A stretch of 63,064 nt of DNA, filler included, from Sphacelaria rigidula (Eukaryota): NCBI GenBank assembly GCA_964200075.2. It is 11 parts of 11 records of this genome, joined end to end, with 100 filler letters (N's around TTAATTAATTAA, not from the genome) between each part and the next. Parts side by side here need not be neighbours in the genome. Positions count along the whole stretch, not along the records: positions 45,941 to 51,582 come from CAXNAA020025632.1; positions 51,683 to 57,323 come from CAXNAA020025633.1; positions 57,424 to 63,064 come from CAXNAA020025634.1; 8 more parts are not named here. One strand, given 5' to 3'. The notes below the pieces were generated by a model, which worked only from the letters and a program-made list of their open reading frames with translations, was not told the DNA's origin and made no database searches. Both the position numbers and the translations under genes were made by a program. Positions 49,953-63,064 of this stretch are shown piece after piece (position 1 is the first letter of the stretch; the number at the start of each line of letters is the position of its first letter).

Positions 49953-51682
49953 GCAGCATTCGAGGTCAGGGAGATGGTACGAGTACTCCGAGTATGTTCT
50001 GTATGTCTTCCACAGTAAGTATAATACGAAGTATGGGTGTTTGCAACCGTCGCGAGGGGGCAGGAAATTGACAATAGAAGTAAAGGCACCCACGAACGGT
50101 CGCGCGTCGGATCTTCGAGGTGCTGCGGTGCGACGAAGACCATACGCGAACAAACAAGCACTTCGCCACCTCCGTCCAGGAGGTGGGTTAACCGGCCTTG
50201 ACTCTACTGCCGTCGAGACCGCATTTTTTTTCCAGCCGTGTTTTGCCCAGAGGTCGTCCTCGAAATCTCGGGACCCAAGCGAATCGGAGAAGTGGGTAAG
50301 ACTCCTCTCGGTGGGATGATGCAAAATGTTCAAGACGTGCGATCGGGGTACAGAGCGCGACAGACAAATATTCAGAAACTCTTATTGAGAGCGAGGCTCG
50401 GCGCCTTCTTTCCGATTTCAGGAGAAATGCTTAAATCCAATTCCTCAATGTTCGAAGCGATGCAAAACGTCAAATGCTTAATTTCGATATTGTTATTTTG
50501 TACAGGCATAGGAGTAGGGGAAATCCAAGGTATCCCCCACGCTTACCCTTTGCCAAAAGGCACTGCAGGCACAGCGCTGTGCCGTGTCAGCAGTAAGCAG
50601 TACGTGAACCAGTTTTGTTCCGAAATACAAAATCGGAACAAATACAGTACAGTCCTGTACGAGTTTTGTACAGATTATCATTATCCATAGGGTATGTCCC
50701 AGTAGAGATCAATGTTGTTTGCTAGTTTAAAACAGGAGGCAGCTTGCTTGGGGCCCTGATGTAGTCGTTGTGGTTGTGGAGGAAGTTCCTCATCATTTCT
50801 GAGGTGAAGTGGGTTCTTGCAGATGCTTACCTGCCGACCCCCTCGCACTTTCTGATTTCTAAATATTATTTTCCCCTCGAAATCACCGCAAATGCTTACC
50901 CATAGATTATCAATTAAAAAAAACCAATATGAGCCTGGCATTCTTGGCTGCGAAGTCGTTAACATCTGTCGCGCTCTGTATGCCCTATTAGCGGGCCAAA
51001 AACCGTGCCGTACGTCCCGAAGCGGAAAATTTGAAAATATGACCGCCAACAATATCAACCGTATGCGAAACGGTCTGAGAGGCGCAGTAATCAACGCGTG
51101 CGGCTTTTGGACGCTAGTTCTTTTTCCTACTTTCTGTGATCTCGGTAAGAAACAGCCTACCCATATAGACACACCCGGCGACCAATTAACGGTCTACTTT
51201 TTGAAGCAAGGGTCTGAAGCTTTTCAATCTTTTGCCCCCCCAGTTGCGCGCGAATAAATTATCCACAGGAACCGTAGGTAAGGTACCGTATCGAGCGCAC
51301 CCCCGATATTTACCAGGGTATCCCATACAGTGGTATGCGTGGGTATCGCAAGTATGAGTTCCAAAAATACCTGATTGAGCGGGTACAGTAGGTATCAAAA
51401 TCTCGAAATACCGTGGTATCGTAGGCATCATAGGTACGAGTTTTGAAAACACCTGATCGAGGGGGTACGGTAGGTAGTACTGACATTTCGAAATACCGTG
51501 GTATCGTGGGTATCGTAGGTACGAGCTGGGCCAGCCCAGAAACGGATTTAACCTGGCAGAGCAATATCTCATCACCGGAAACNNNNNNNNNNNNNNNNNN
51601 NNNNNNNNNNNNNNNNNNNNNNNNNNTTAATTAATTAANNNNNNNNNNNNNNNNNNNNNNNNNNNNNNNNNNNNNNNNNNNN

Positions 51683-52840
51683 TGGGCATGCATCAGGAAG
51701 TTCTCCCGGGAGCTCTTTGACCGACCGAAAGCACCATGGAGACTCAAGGTCCGACTGCTGAAAGCGGAGGCGATGGAAGCCCCACTATGCGGATGCATGA
51801 CATGGGCCCTACACCGCGAACACTACGACTTGCTTAGAAACGTGCACTACCGGCTCCTCCTACGAGTCATCGGGTACCGCCGCGTGCGTGGCACATACCG
51901 ACAGCTGTCGTATGCACAGGCCCTCAAGAAGATCGGATGCCAAAATGACGAAACCATCATCCGGCACCGACGACTGCTATTCGCGGGAGCCCTGGCTGGA
52001 CAACCGGACGAACGATTACCGAAGCGAATAGCTTTCGGAATACTAGTCGGGGGGGAGGACCCAGGACCAGGGTGCCCGGAACAAACTGGCTGAAGTGCCT
52101 GAGAGACGATCTCCACGCTTTTGGAGCCACAGACGGCTCTACGGACGACAACCGCCAGATATTCGGAATTGACCGCGCCCTATGGACCTCAGCAGCAAAT
52201 AAGGAGGGGGGGTTGCCGTGGCACGCGGGAGTGCTGCAGGGAGCGGAGAGGTTCATGAACTCATGGCACAGAAATGAAGGGGAGGCAAGCCGACTGCGTG
52301 CGATTAGACGGGAGACCAACGAAGCCCAAATAGCACAGCAATGACGACGGTCCAGAGAAGGGGGGAGTGGGGGATGAATCCCCCCGATGAGGGTGTTGCG
52401 TCATGCAGTGCTTGTCTTAATGCACCTGGTATGCTTGTACGTGTGGTTGTCCCTCGAGAGGTCGAAAGATGGAACCTTGCGATTCTTAGTTCTTTGGTTG
52501 GCGATACTTGGGGCCTTGAGTCTAGCCCGTAGTCGGACCCTATGTTTATTTCTACTCGGCGTCGCGCGTCGAGTTGGAGAGCCGGGTGCCACCCCTTGAA
52601 GTCCGAATGGCCACCTGCGGCATCGGATCTTCTGAGGTTAGCCATATGTATTCTCTTTCGTCTTTATTATTTATCCCTGTTTTGCTTGTATCGCGTTTTG
52701 TGAGTTTTAATCTGGGTCTTTTTTTTTTTACTAGCCTGTGACCACGGAAGGCGTCCGCATCAGATGCCCAGTACGAATGTACCCCGCAGATATCGGAACG
52801 GTTTTTAATGTGAAGACAACAATAATAACAACAACAACAA
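51683..52840 (+). mobile_element. 3' part of an RTE-type LINE (post-RT C-terminus with one frameshift near 52080, 3' UTR, AAC/AAT tail)
   Basis: LKVRLLKAEAMEAPLCGCMTW...RHRRLLFAG...ERLPKRIAFG...NWLKCLRDDL. Confidence 0.88.
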
Positions 52841-53202
52841 GATGAAAATAAGAAAAAATGTTACGCGCCATCATTTACAGACCCAAACCAACCAACTCGG
52901 GGCTCCCATCTAATCTGTCACGAGACGTGGTCCTCTGCCAGTGGGTAAGCTGTGTGTGCACTGTCTGCAGCTTTTGACTGTTACGGCACATATCTCCCGC
53001 CAGAACGAACAGCAAACCGTTTTGAATGAAACAGCCTCCATTATGACTACACAAAAACGGCATCAAACATAACATGTATGTTTGCCCAGAGCGGAACCAA
53101 AATGTCCACTACATACATGTATCAACGCTTGGACTTGTTGGTCGCGTCGTTGAAGACGGCGACCTCAGCCTCAATGGCTACGCCCCCCCCCCCCCTCCTC
53201 AG

Positions 53203-53765
53203 CCTGGTCCGGCGAGAACCCGGAGTGCTCCGTCCCAGCTTTGTAGGGGTGGACCCCCCGATGGGGTTGGCGTCGGTTGGCAACAACGCTATAAAACACG
53301 CCACACTGCGTAAGCTAGGCAACCAGGTTACTGATTTTGTTTTGCGCGCTTTCATTTTTTTGCCGTAACCATGATGGTGATCGAGCTAGATCATGTTATG
53401 CGGCGTGGGAGAACCTCAACTCCGCACAAAGGGGATGATCGTACTACGTAGTCATTCAATGGTGAGACACCCATGGGGCAGTGTATAAGCCGTTGCTGTC
53501 TCTGGGAGTGGCGATAACAGATAATAAAGCAACTCACCGTAGGTTGTCATCCAAACGCAAGATAATTAGTAGGCTTCAGGCCGAACCATCTTAGCAGAAT
53601 GCAACTCACCCTTCATGCGACTCGCCGAACACGCCACAGCGCTTCGCGCTGGGTGATTGAGTGCGAGCCTGCTCCGGCGAAAACCCGGCGTGCTTCGTCC
53701 CGGCTTGGTAGAGATGCGAGGTCGATGATCTTATGACTATGGCATGCATGATCATGAGTACCCCC
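53203..53765 (+). mobile_element. Copy of the ~500-bp element with ~45-bp direct repeats at 53203 and 53668
   Basis: cctggtccggcgagaacccggagtgctccgtcccagctttgtag and cctgctccggcgaaaacccggcgtgcttcgtcccggcttggtag. Confidence 0.8.
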
Positions 53766-54247
53766 CCCGTCCCCCACCCCCACCGGCCCGCCCGCCGGCC
53801 CGCCCTACCCACGCGAGTTACGCGTAGAACCTTCACGACCGCCTTTCTGGTGGAGTGTCTGAGCCACGAGGGATATCGTAAAAACGATGGCTATACTAGG
53901 ATATTGATAGCGACTGCAGACGGCAAAACAGGAAGGGGATAAGAGATGTAAAATGCTATTGTGTAATGTATGGAAGAAGCGTGATGAGCGCCCAAATGAT
54001 GGGGGTGTCTCAAACAGGAGCAGGGATGGTGCTCCGTCTCGAAAGGGGTACATGGTCAATGATCAAATGACTTATGCAAGGCGAATACATCCTCCCGCCC
54101 CTCCCCCAATGACTTTATGACCACGGCATACATCATCATGAGTACACGCTCCTTTCCCCTCCTGCCCCGGCTCAACGACAACGTAACACCACTAAAAGTG
54201 TATAATTTCAAAAAAATGCCGAGCACGTCAACGACAGAGAGCTACGT

Positions 54248-54337
54248 CTATATCCCTAACGAGAAGGTGAAGCTCTTGGTTTTCAAACGTCCGGCCACCC
54301 TCTCTGCCAGCGCCTTCTGAAGATGCTCAGCACGCAC
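54248..54337 (-). CDS. AAA ATPase terminal exon (VRAEHLQKALAERVAGRLKTKSFTFSLGI*)
   Basis: ttccag acceptor, phase 0; V...H...AL lid motif; TAG stop. Confidence 0.72.
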   Translation of the reverse strand: MRAEHLQKALAERVAGRLKTKSFTFSLGI

Positions 54338-55850
54338 CTGGAACACATGATGATCATCATCGACAACCACCACCACCACAACAGCAGCAACAGCAGCAGC
54401 AGCAGCAGCAGAACAGTAAACAACACGCGCATAGTCGGTCGTCCAAACCTTGTTGCAAGATCGTTAACCCGCACCAAACTGTCCTCGGTCAGTGCTATGA
54501 CGGTGTAGCTGCCCCGCTGAAGCGTCACTTTTGTTCTCTACCAACAGCGGATGATCCCGGCAGTTTGAAGCATGAGCACGTCTATAGACACCGTTCGTCA
54601 CTGTAAGATGAAGCCACTGTGAACTACTACGTGGAATAGCTGTAGGAAGAGAAATATATCTGAGCGAAAGTCCCCGCGTGTCTGCCCGCACTACCTCTAC
54701 AGCAGGTTTGCATGAAGGGTTCGTGGAAGAACTGTATCCGAGGGGCATAGATCTCCGCGACAACTACACGTGCGCTTGTGTGTGTAAACGGTTTCGAACC
54801 TTCAAGCAGGGGCGTCAGGAAGCAGAGAAAATAAAACTACTACTGAACGTGGATACGGTTGCCGACATACTGCTCATCTGTGACAAGAGCTCGCAATGAT
54901 ATGTGTCCACACCAGGGCAAGCATACTAGAACCGCGGAGCCCGATCACGATCAATATGGTCGCACCCCAGAGAACGCACGCAACACACGATTCATTTCAA
55001 GAAGACTTATCAATTGTCAGGCGCTTCAGGGTGTAAATCAGCACCCGTCATCACCTCAAGCACCCGTCATCGCCTCAACAGTGGTGTGTCGGACTAAATT
55101 ATAAACGGTGATGGCGGTACCGTGTCATACTTTACTTTCGACTCCTCGCCTTCCTCGGGGATGCGTTCATAGTCCCCAGGAATCAATCAATCCATATCCC
55201 CCCGGTACGTGCCTGCCCGACATTTTGATATCACCGATTGGGTCAGCACTACCGGATCGCGTCGACTCTCGTCGATTATTTTCTGCGCTCCATGCTTTCA
55301 CTATTTTGACCATGTAAACCATATCCTGCGATGCAAAAGATCATATTTTTTTTCGGGATTCAAGTCCGCAACCAGTCGCCCTCACTGTCTGTTGATGGAC
55401 CACTTCGACCACCCGGGTGCGGCGGCTCTAGATGTACGTGGCGCTATGTTAAAGCCGATACAGCACGATCAGCACAGTCTGCGCAATCCACGTAAAAAGT
55501 CTAATCTCGCTGTACCTGAATTTCCTGAACCTGGCCCCAACGCTGAGATAGACGTGCACCGCCCCCCGCGGTTTCACCCGCTCGGGCAAATTGACCGAGA
55601 CAAATTTTATGGCGCTCAAAACGTTTGTGATACGCACCGCGATGTTATCGGGAGGCTTCGTGCGACACGATCGCAGGCAGACTTGGCTGCTCGTTTAATG
55701 GACTCGGCCTCAAGTCACCAGGAATGCTGGTGGGGTTCCGTAAGTGGGTGGGCGGTAGCAGAGCCGTGCGTTCTCTTGAGCAGCATACAATTAATCGGCA
55801 GTGTCCTAGGGCAAAACGAAAGTCCAAGAGTTGTCATCGCCAAGCCTTAC

Positions 55851-55910
55851 TTTCGGTGTGCCGTGGAGATCCTCCCGCATCGCCGCCATGGCCGCATCCC
55901 GACAAGATGC
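55851..55910 (-). CDS. AAA ATPase lid exon (ASCRDAAMAAMREDLHGTPK)
   Basis: CAG acceptor and GTAAGG donor, phase 0; continues ADLE|ASCRDAAM. Confidence 0.8.
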
Positions 55911-56652
55911 CTGGGTGGCACAGATTTAACGTCGACGGGGGCGGCGGCGAAAGTTACGCATACAGAACGACTAGCGGGATCGGATGCTGTCTTGACCGGA
56001 GAACAAGACAGCGTAAGGCAAGCAAAAAACGAACAGTAGTTATTACAAAACACAGGTGGGAAAAAGTGTAGCGCCGACAACCATGGAACTACTGACGAGG
56101 TCGGCCGATTTCAAGACCAGTCAACCCGACAACACAGAACGAATCAAATCATCCAAGTATCGCAAAACACAGGCAGAATAGTGCACATATTCGGCGACCA
56201 CCACCTGGCTGCACATAACTGTGCGAATAGCCCTGCCTAACAACCACTTACATGCGGGCACTGTAGGTCCAGTACGCCGCGCCATCCAAATAAGCGTTGG
56301 CCGAGTTGCGACAGTAGTAGAGTTGTGTCGTGATTTGACATACTTTCAAGTCTTCCCCTTCCCCGGGACGAGTCCGTTGTCTCAAGGGATAATCCCCTTC
56401 CCCACGCGGTACACGCCTCACGTATTGGTATCGCGGACTGGGATCAGACTCCCACACCACGTCGACTCTTGTTGAAAAAAATACGTTTTGCTCCTCACGT
56501 CCTCATATCTTCAACAACGGATATCAGATACTCCTGAGAAGAAAAACAAATGTATCTGCTGAGAGTTGAACATTCTTCCAACCCGATGTCTTCAGATGCA
56601 TCAATATACCACAGGGACGCGGCGGCAGACTACCTTCCCAGTTTTCGCTTAC

Positions 56653-57214
56653 CTCGAGATCGGCGCAGCTCAGTCCGCCAGCAACATCATCCCTACTGAG
56701 TCGCTCAAAATCCACCTGGGCCGCCAGGGGTAATCGGCGGGCGTGCACCCTGAGCACGCCTTCTCTATCTTCCTTATTAGGCATACCAAACTCTATACTC
56801 TCGTGCAATCTCCCGGGCCGTAGCAGAGCCGAGTCGAGCATATGTCTCCTGCTCGTAGCGGCGAGCACCAGAACCCGCCCCCCCGCCGATACTGTACTCC
56901 TATCGCTTCCTTCACTCTCCGCGGTACCGGAGGAAATACCTTGCCGGGCAACACCGTCAGGTGAGTCGTCGACAACCTGTCGCTTCGGTTGCGAAGTGCC
57001 GCCGCCGCTGGCGACCCCGTCCATTTCGTTGAGCAGCGTGCTCAGCACCCTTGCATAAACCCCACCAGCCTCGCCGCCGCCGGCATCTCCCATGCCACCG
57101 TCACCGCGCTTTGCTGTGATGGAATCAAGCTCGTCGAGGAAGAGAATGCAGGGTGCTGCGGCGCGTGCTCGGGCGAAGAGGGATCTCAGCTTAGCCTCGG
57201 TTTCTCCCAAATAC
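56653..57214 (-). CDS. CDC48/AFG2(SPATA5)-type AAA+ ATPase exon, probably the second ATPase module
   Basis: YLGETE, Walker B ILFLDELD, LLNEMDG, VLAATSR, SRH LDSALLRPGRL; CAG acceptor, GTAAGC donor. Confidence 0.92.
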
Positions 57215-57467
57215 CTGGCGGGGGGGGAACGGGGGAACGGGCGGGCGGGGGGGGGGGAGCGAACTCAGATATCTGCGTAATTTCCAACGAAGTAGAGACA
57301 ACGAAAACGTCACGTCTTATCACNNNNNNNNNNNNNNNNNNNNNNNNNNNNNNNNNNNNNNNNNNNNTTAATTAATTAANNNNNNNNNNNNNNNNNNNNN
57401 NNNNNNNNNNNNNNNNNNNNNNNGTACCGGCGGTGCTGCCACGCGCGTCAGCCGTGGCTTACCACTA

Positions 57468-57468
57468 G

Positions 57469-57503
<35 letters not shown>

Positions 57504-57930
57504 TTCATTATTATTTTTATTATTTTTATTATCGTCACTATTATCATCATTATCATCATTATTTTTAGTATTATTTTTATGATCATTATTTTCATCATTA
57601 TTATGAATATTATTATTATTATCATCATTATCATTATTAACATTATTATCATTATTATTATCACTATTATCGTTATTATTATTACTAGTATTATCATTAT
57701 TTTCATTTTTCATTATTATTATCATCATTATCATTATCATTATCATTATCATAATCATCATCATCATTGTTTTATAATTATTATCATCATCTTCATCATC
57801 ATCATCATCATATTTTTGTATTATCACCATCATTCTATTTTTGTATTATCACCATCATCATTCTATTTTTTCATCATCGTTGTTGTTGTTGTTGTTGTTG
57901 TTGTTGTCGTCGCTGTTGCTGTTGTTGTTA
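57468..57930. repeat. Compound (ATT/ATC/GTT)n microsatellite, probably grown from the adjacent LINE tail
   Basis: Seen directly; close to a LINE 3' motif at ~57961 that also occurs inverted at ~35440-35495. Confidence 0.93.
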
Positions 57931-59200
57931 TTTTCGCACATTAATCCGATCTAGTGAACCCGTGGTCATAGACGTGGGCCCGTCTTTCCAATACCGTCCC
58001 TGTATTCCTCACGAGACATACTACTAAAAACAAAAATAAGAAGAGTGACGCCACGGAATGATGTGAAAAATAGCTCCCCCGACTCGAATCACGGAAGAAA
58101 AAAAGAACAAACAAATAACATCAGATCTGCCAAAAAAGTACACCGAAAGAAAGGCAAAGAAACGATCATGAAAACAAGACAAGAAAAGATAGGTGACACA
58201 AGGAGGATAGCATGACCACCAAGGTAGGGTTGAACTTAAAAACAACCCCAGGTGCCCTCTTAGACGACTACCGCAGCTGCTTGAAAAATGGTGTCAGATG
58301 CACCAGTGAGTGTACTACCCGATGGACTACATGTTACATTTCGGAGGTCCTCGGTGAGCTCTGAGGGAACTCACAGTAAAAAACTCCTTAGCTTGACGTG
58401 CTTTGGTACGGGCTGCCATATATCAACTAGCACCCTCCTCTACAACTCGAGACCATTCGGACACATCTTGGGCAACCTGCGTCCACGATGTGGCATTTAT
58501 TCTGAAGTATGAACTGTAGTCCGTGATGCAATATTGTAGGCGTCTCGCGGGTCGGCCTGCCCCCGTTTTCCTTCCATGACTTCACGCATGACTTTGTTGG
58601 GGAGGCGGTCATCGTGCATGCGCACAACGCTGCCGGCGTGTAGGAGGGTCCGTTTCATCACGGTGACCTTAATGCACTCGCAGCTACTTTTTTCGAGGAC
58701 TCGGGTTACGGCAACATGTGGTAGTCAGGGGTCTTGTGGCTGGACGTATGCTTGTTTAGGCACCTCAGTAAAAAATCCGCGATGAGCCTCCCGAAGCGCG
58801 CCGAAATTGTCGTGTGCGACCGTCCGGGTCGCGCAGCCACACAACATCACCTCGATCACTTCAGTCTTCATGATGCGGACCTGAGTGGCCAGGGCGATGT
58901 ACTGGTTGTCGTAGACCGCTCTGCTGTACTTGTAGAAGCACACCCAGGCCTGGTCAATGCGACTGTGGATCTCAGGGGGGACATCACCGATGCTGATGAT
59001 TTTTCTGCCAAGATAGAGGAAATATTCAACTTGCTTGTATGATTGGCCAGCTGCCCCCACCTCGACCGTATCCGCCTGCATGGTCGGGGAGCGCATGTGC
59101 ATGGTGACCGTCTTCTTTCCGCCACGACGAAGCCGAATGCCGCACAGACCTTGATAACAGCCGTCATCATCTTTGCCAGGCTTTCTCGGGACCGCGAGGT
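57931..59200 (-). mobile_element. Degenerate RTE-type LINE 3' portion
   Basis: SRESLAKMMTAVIKVCAAFG; YKQVEYFLYLG...EIHSRIDQAW; frameshifted. Confidence 0.85.
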
Positions 59201-60299
59201 GTAGACTCCTCCTGGACTCAGAACAAGGCCAAAAGAGTGCGCAAGGGCTTCCTCCCTCACTAGGGCTTGGAGACTTCAGAGAATATCTTATGACCTCATA
59301 TCATGATGCAAAGGTCATATCCATACCTCCATGCATCAACCTGCAGCTCCTTATGCACCTTTACGTGTACTTACGGCGGACTACTCTACAGCACCCCCAA
59401 AACTCCGCACTACTCAAAGTACAAAGCGAGTTTGACAAATAGTAGACACCGACAATCACGTTCATGCTACCTTTGTCCGCATGTTCGTGACACACGCCCA
59501 TGCAATGTTATGTTCCACAAAGAAAATGATTATTTGGACAACCCTGAACATCGACGTTCAAAGATGGCGTCTCAATCGAATTGAGTGAAGTCAATGATTC
59601 AGTCAACGGCAATTTCCAGTCGTAACATACTCACACAAAGCAAACGCGCCGAAGACAATACCATTTCAAACCGTAGCATTCGATCATATCATGCACTCAA
59701 AGCTTGATACCGTACTTTGCCTACAAACGTGCCCGCACCTTTTGACTCAGTCCCAACTGACACAGCCCGTAACAAATATGCGGTGCTCCTTCCAGACAAA
59801 TGGGCACACCATCCACATTCCCCTTTTTAATCAGAGGCGAAATACCATCCATGTTCTTGTCTAAACACATAGAAAGCCATCAAAAGACGCGCCACAGTCA
59901 AAGATCACTGTATTCTCGCATGGTTTCTTTTATCTTCAACCTCCGAAAACACTCGCGCTATACCTGCTCACCTACAAGCCTACGCATTTCGTACTTCCCG
60001 CTCATTTTGACGCCAACAGCATCAATCATCATCTCCTACAGTCAGTATGTGCTAACCGCACAAAGATTATTCCACTTTTCTGCGCGAAGAACATACGAGC
60101 TTCATTTCATTCAGCACACAGCAGTATTTTGATAGCTGCCTCACTCTGACTCTTCCCCAGACACCATGCACATCAGTAACTTTCAAGCGAAAAAATGACA
60201 TATGCGTATGCCAAAATTTCACTCAGTAGCTTCTTGGCAGAAATCACCATGTATCATGCCGACTAAAAGAGCAGCACGAGACACAGATACCAAACATCC

Positions 60300-62460
60300 G
60301 CGTGTACGTTGACATTCCCCCCAGCAAGCGCAATACGATCATACTCGATGAACCGTATGCTTCATGCGCAAGCAGCAGCATACACATGGCCAGAACCCAC
60401 ACCACAACCACCTACAATCGTCCACAAAACGTGTCAGGTATACCAGTCATGATGTGCTTCGTCATTTTCAACAAGCAATTACACCAGTACTTGCTCCTCA
60501 ACATCACCCAACCCGGCGCTCACCACATCAAGCACCTCAGGGAATGCCTTCCTTGTAGTTCTCCTGCCCTCCTCCTGGGAAGCAGCAGCACTCCGGCTAC
60601 AATCTCGTCCATACCATAAAACGACATTTCCACCCGAACATTCGCTCCTCGCATCAGAGATACAGCTATAGCTTTCATAGCTGTCCCGGAAATCGGTGTT
60701 CAAAGCCCACTGCGCGGCATGTACCAATCTCACCCAGGCATTAACATGGCGTCTTCCTTCCTGCATTATGACCTTCAAGGTACGAACAATGTCACGCATC
60801 AATCGCTCACGTTCATGATGTGTCACGGCGAGTTATCCATCACGAATCTGCGATCCATCAGGGCCTTCTCGAGCACTCTCACCACACGATTCGTATATCG
60901 CGATGCCGTATCGCTGACCCATCTCTCCCGCGGCCCCAGCGCTTTGCACTATGTCAAAGTATGCTTCACCGTCGTCGCCGCCGTAAAAGACTCCGGGGGC
61001 TCTAACCACACAAAGTCGCTTGGGTCATCCACCCTTATCAATATGTACTTGAACAGATCTCCTTCGTCGAAGCCATCATCTCCCAGCGGACCACTCTCGC
61101 CAACGCTGAGAAAATTGAAGTGAAACACCTCTCCTGGGCCAGTACCATGCACCACCTCCTTGTGGGGGCGGGGAACTTGCTCCTCCGTCTTGTAATCACT
61201 CATCCGGCGGAAACAGAATTTCTGGGGCGTTGCAATCGCCGCTCTTGCCCACACTATCTGCAAACCGCAGTACACGAGCCCGAGCGCCACCAGTTTTGCG
61301 ATGCAGCGTGTCAACCACGACATCCTGACCCGAAATGATGCCCTCGGCCGAGCCTTTGGCTCCACAGGAGTAGGTTTGAATGCCACCTTCAAGGGCTCGA
61401 CGCGAGCAGGCGGATAACCATGCAAAACTCGACGAAAAATGTTCGCTCTGTTGCGTACAAGCTCACGAATCTGACTCACGCCGCTCTCCGATATGCCTTT
61501 ATCCGCGGCGGCTTCTACCGCCTCCTCACGCGGTGTAAGCAATCTCCACGACATCGCCTCAGATATCCAGCCCGGGACTGTTTCCCCCGACACGGTCTGC
61601 TGTACGCCACCAAAAGAAACGACGGATTCTTGCGGCAGCATCTCTCCACTGCGGGGAGCACCCCCTTCATCGGTTGAAAATACAGCCCTAGTGGCAGGAC
61701 TCTTGCCCCTTCCTCGAAGCGCCTGTCCAGGACCCTGCGACAGCTGCTGCTGTTAGTGCTGCGTGTCGCCGTCCTTCGACTTCCCACCTGCACTATGCTG
61801 TCGGGCAGCAGTTTGGCTTTGCTGCTTGCAATCCTTCACGAAGTGGCTCTTGTCTCCACACGAGAAACAATCTGCATGGCTTGAGCCCGGTTTCCGAGAT
61901 TTCCAGGAACTGGCAGTATCACGGCCAGTTATCGCCGTTTTTTCTCCATTCGCTTAGTGCTCGGACCCGGAGGTCCCGCTGTCGCTCTTCTGTTTCAGCT
62001 GCGGCTGGTGACCGCGCTGTTTGTCAGCCGCTCCTACCGTCTTCATTGCCTCTGCTACTTCCTCTTTCTACCCCCCCTTCATGGATAGTATGTTGAGCAC
62101 TCTTGTCTTGAATTTAGTAGGGGATATACCGGCGAGCCATTCCCCCGTGATTGTTTGAGTAGGTCCTGCTTGGAACGTCTCGTTCTCGCGGAACGCACGG
62201 TCGATGCTCGCATTCAGAAAAACGCTCGAGGGCACCCCACTGTCCCTCGATTCTACCCATGGCAGCCGACTCGTTGCGAGCGGCCAACGCCGTCTGCACA
62301 CCAGCTGCAGCAACTGGAGGATCGATCTTTGTATCGATGCAACATTTTCATGTCGACCTAGTGCCTTCTTCAGTGTCCATCATCGACTACCGATCCGTCA
62401 AATATTGTACGCGACAGACACGTGCGAATGTGCGTAGGCACGGGTTCTGTCACGCTTATT
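60300..62460 (-). pseudogene. Degenerate Ty3/Gypsy remnant (gag-like region, RT N-terminus, integrase)
   Basis: PPARVEPLKV...KARPR (RT start); EVFHFNFLSVG...KYILIRVDD.SDFVWLEP and ERLMRDIVRTLK...QWALNT (integrase); stops and frameshifts. Confidence 0.82.
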
Positions 62461-63000
62461 AAAGCGACCTGTACTGTACGCCCCTTTTTGCTCTGTTGTA
62501 CAGTGTCCTCGTAATCCTGATGCTTTTGAAAACACCGTCTGGAGGCATCTTCGCTGAAATGCCGTCCGTACTCCAGTGCTTTTAGCGACCCACCTGGCAT
62601 CAGCTCAGTAAATTAAAACGTCACCATATCGCGTGCATCGCTCCCACCACCTTTCCTGCGCGCTGCTACTCTTCCTTAGCTGCACGCAATGGTTCCAGCC
62701 AACGTAGCCGTCCCTCTGTTGTTGAACGAGCTGCCTCACGTTGCAGACTGCACACATGTCTGTGTACAATACAAAAATATTTTTGCAAAAACTCTCCGCA
62801 GCTGAAAAACCTTCCCCAGAAACCAGCGGGTTCCCCCAATGGAGGTTTATTGTACACCCCTCCTGGGCTGAGAACAAGGTCACAAGAGCGCTCCAAGGAC
62901 TACCCCCCTTACTAGGGCTTGAAGACTTCAAGACATTTTTTTTTTTCACAAAACACAGTCTTCGTTATCGAAAGTAACCTGCTGCACCTCCGTGCCGGTC

Positions 63001-63064
63001 GCCCCGGTGGCTCAGTTGGTAACCTCGTAACCTTCTGATGGTTGAGTTGTGGGGTTCGATTCCC
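63001..63064 (+). other. tRNA-like sequence truncated at the contig end (SINE head or tRNA pseudogene)
   Basis: gccccggtggctcagttggt A-box, ggttcgattccc B-box, aacc-ttctgat-ggtt stem-loop; D-stem not paired. Confidence 0.55.

Noticed and set aside
55449..55655. Alternative AAA terminal exon (PPDNIAVRITNVLSAIKFV)
   Set aside because: Weak acceptor; 54337-54248 fits the lid motif better, although alternative use is not excluded
55209..56039. 276-aa plus-strand ORF
   Set aside because: No recognisable motif; antisense to an AAA ATPase exon and its introns

Overview
This is eukaryotic, intron-rich, repeat-rich DNA, most likely from a brown alga/stramenopile (inferred from gene content, splice style and TTAGGG tracts; not verified). 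It is not contiguous. Ten identical 100-nt linkers (44 N + TTAATTAATTAA + 44 N) join 11 unrelated contigs of 5643-5641 bp sorted by length, so no linkage across linkers can be inferred. Most listed ORFs are spurious; real coding sequence is spliced exons. The best gene model (contig 2, minus strand) has six phase-compatible exons encoding SAM, TIR (putative catalytic Glu retained) and C-terminal ARM repeats, i.e. the SARM1 domain set in a permuted order. Other exon fragments: a PARP-like ADP-ribosyltransferase (3 exons), an EttA-like ABC-F, a DUF445-like membrane protein, a GH43-like glycosidase, an S8 subtilase, a CDC48/AFG2-type AAA ATPase (3 exons) and a secreted-protein first exon. Mobile DNA includes nested Copia remnants, a Gypsy remnant, RTE-type LINE ends, piggyBac- and Harbinger-like MITEs, a TGT..ACA MITE carrying telomeric repeats, tRNA-like heads, and a 2.3-kb hAT-like element filled with a palindromic ~41-bp array. 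All domain calls are by-eye motif recognition; no searches were run.
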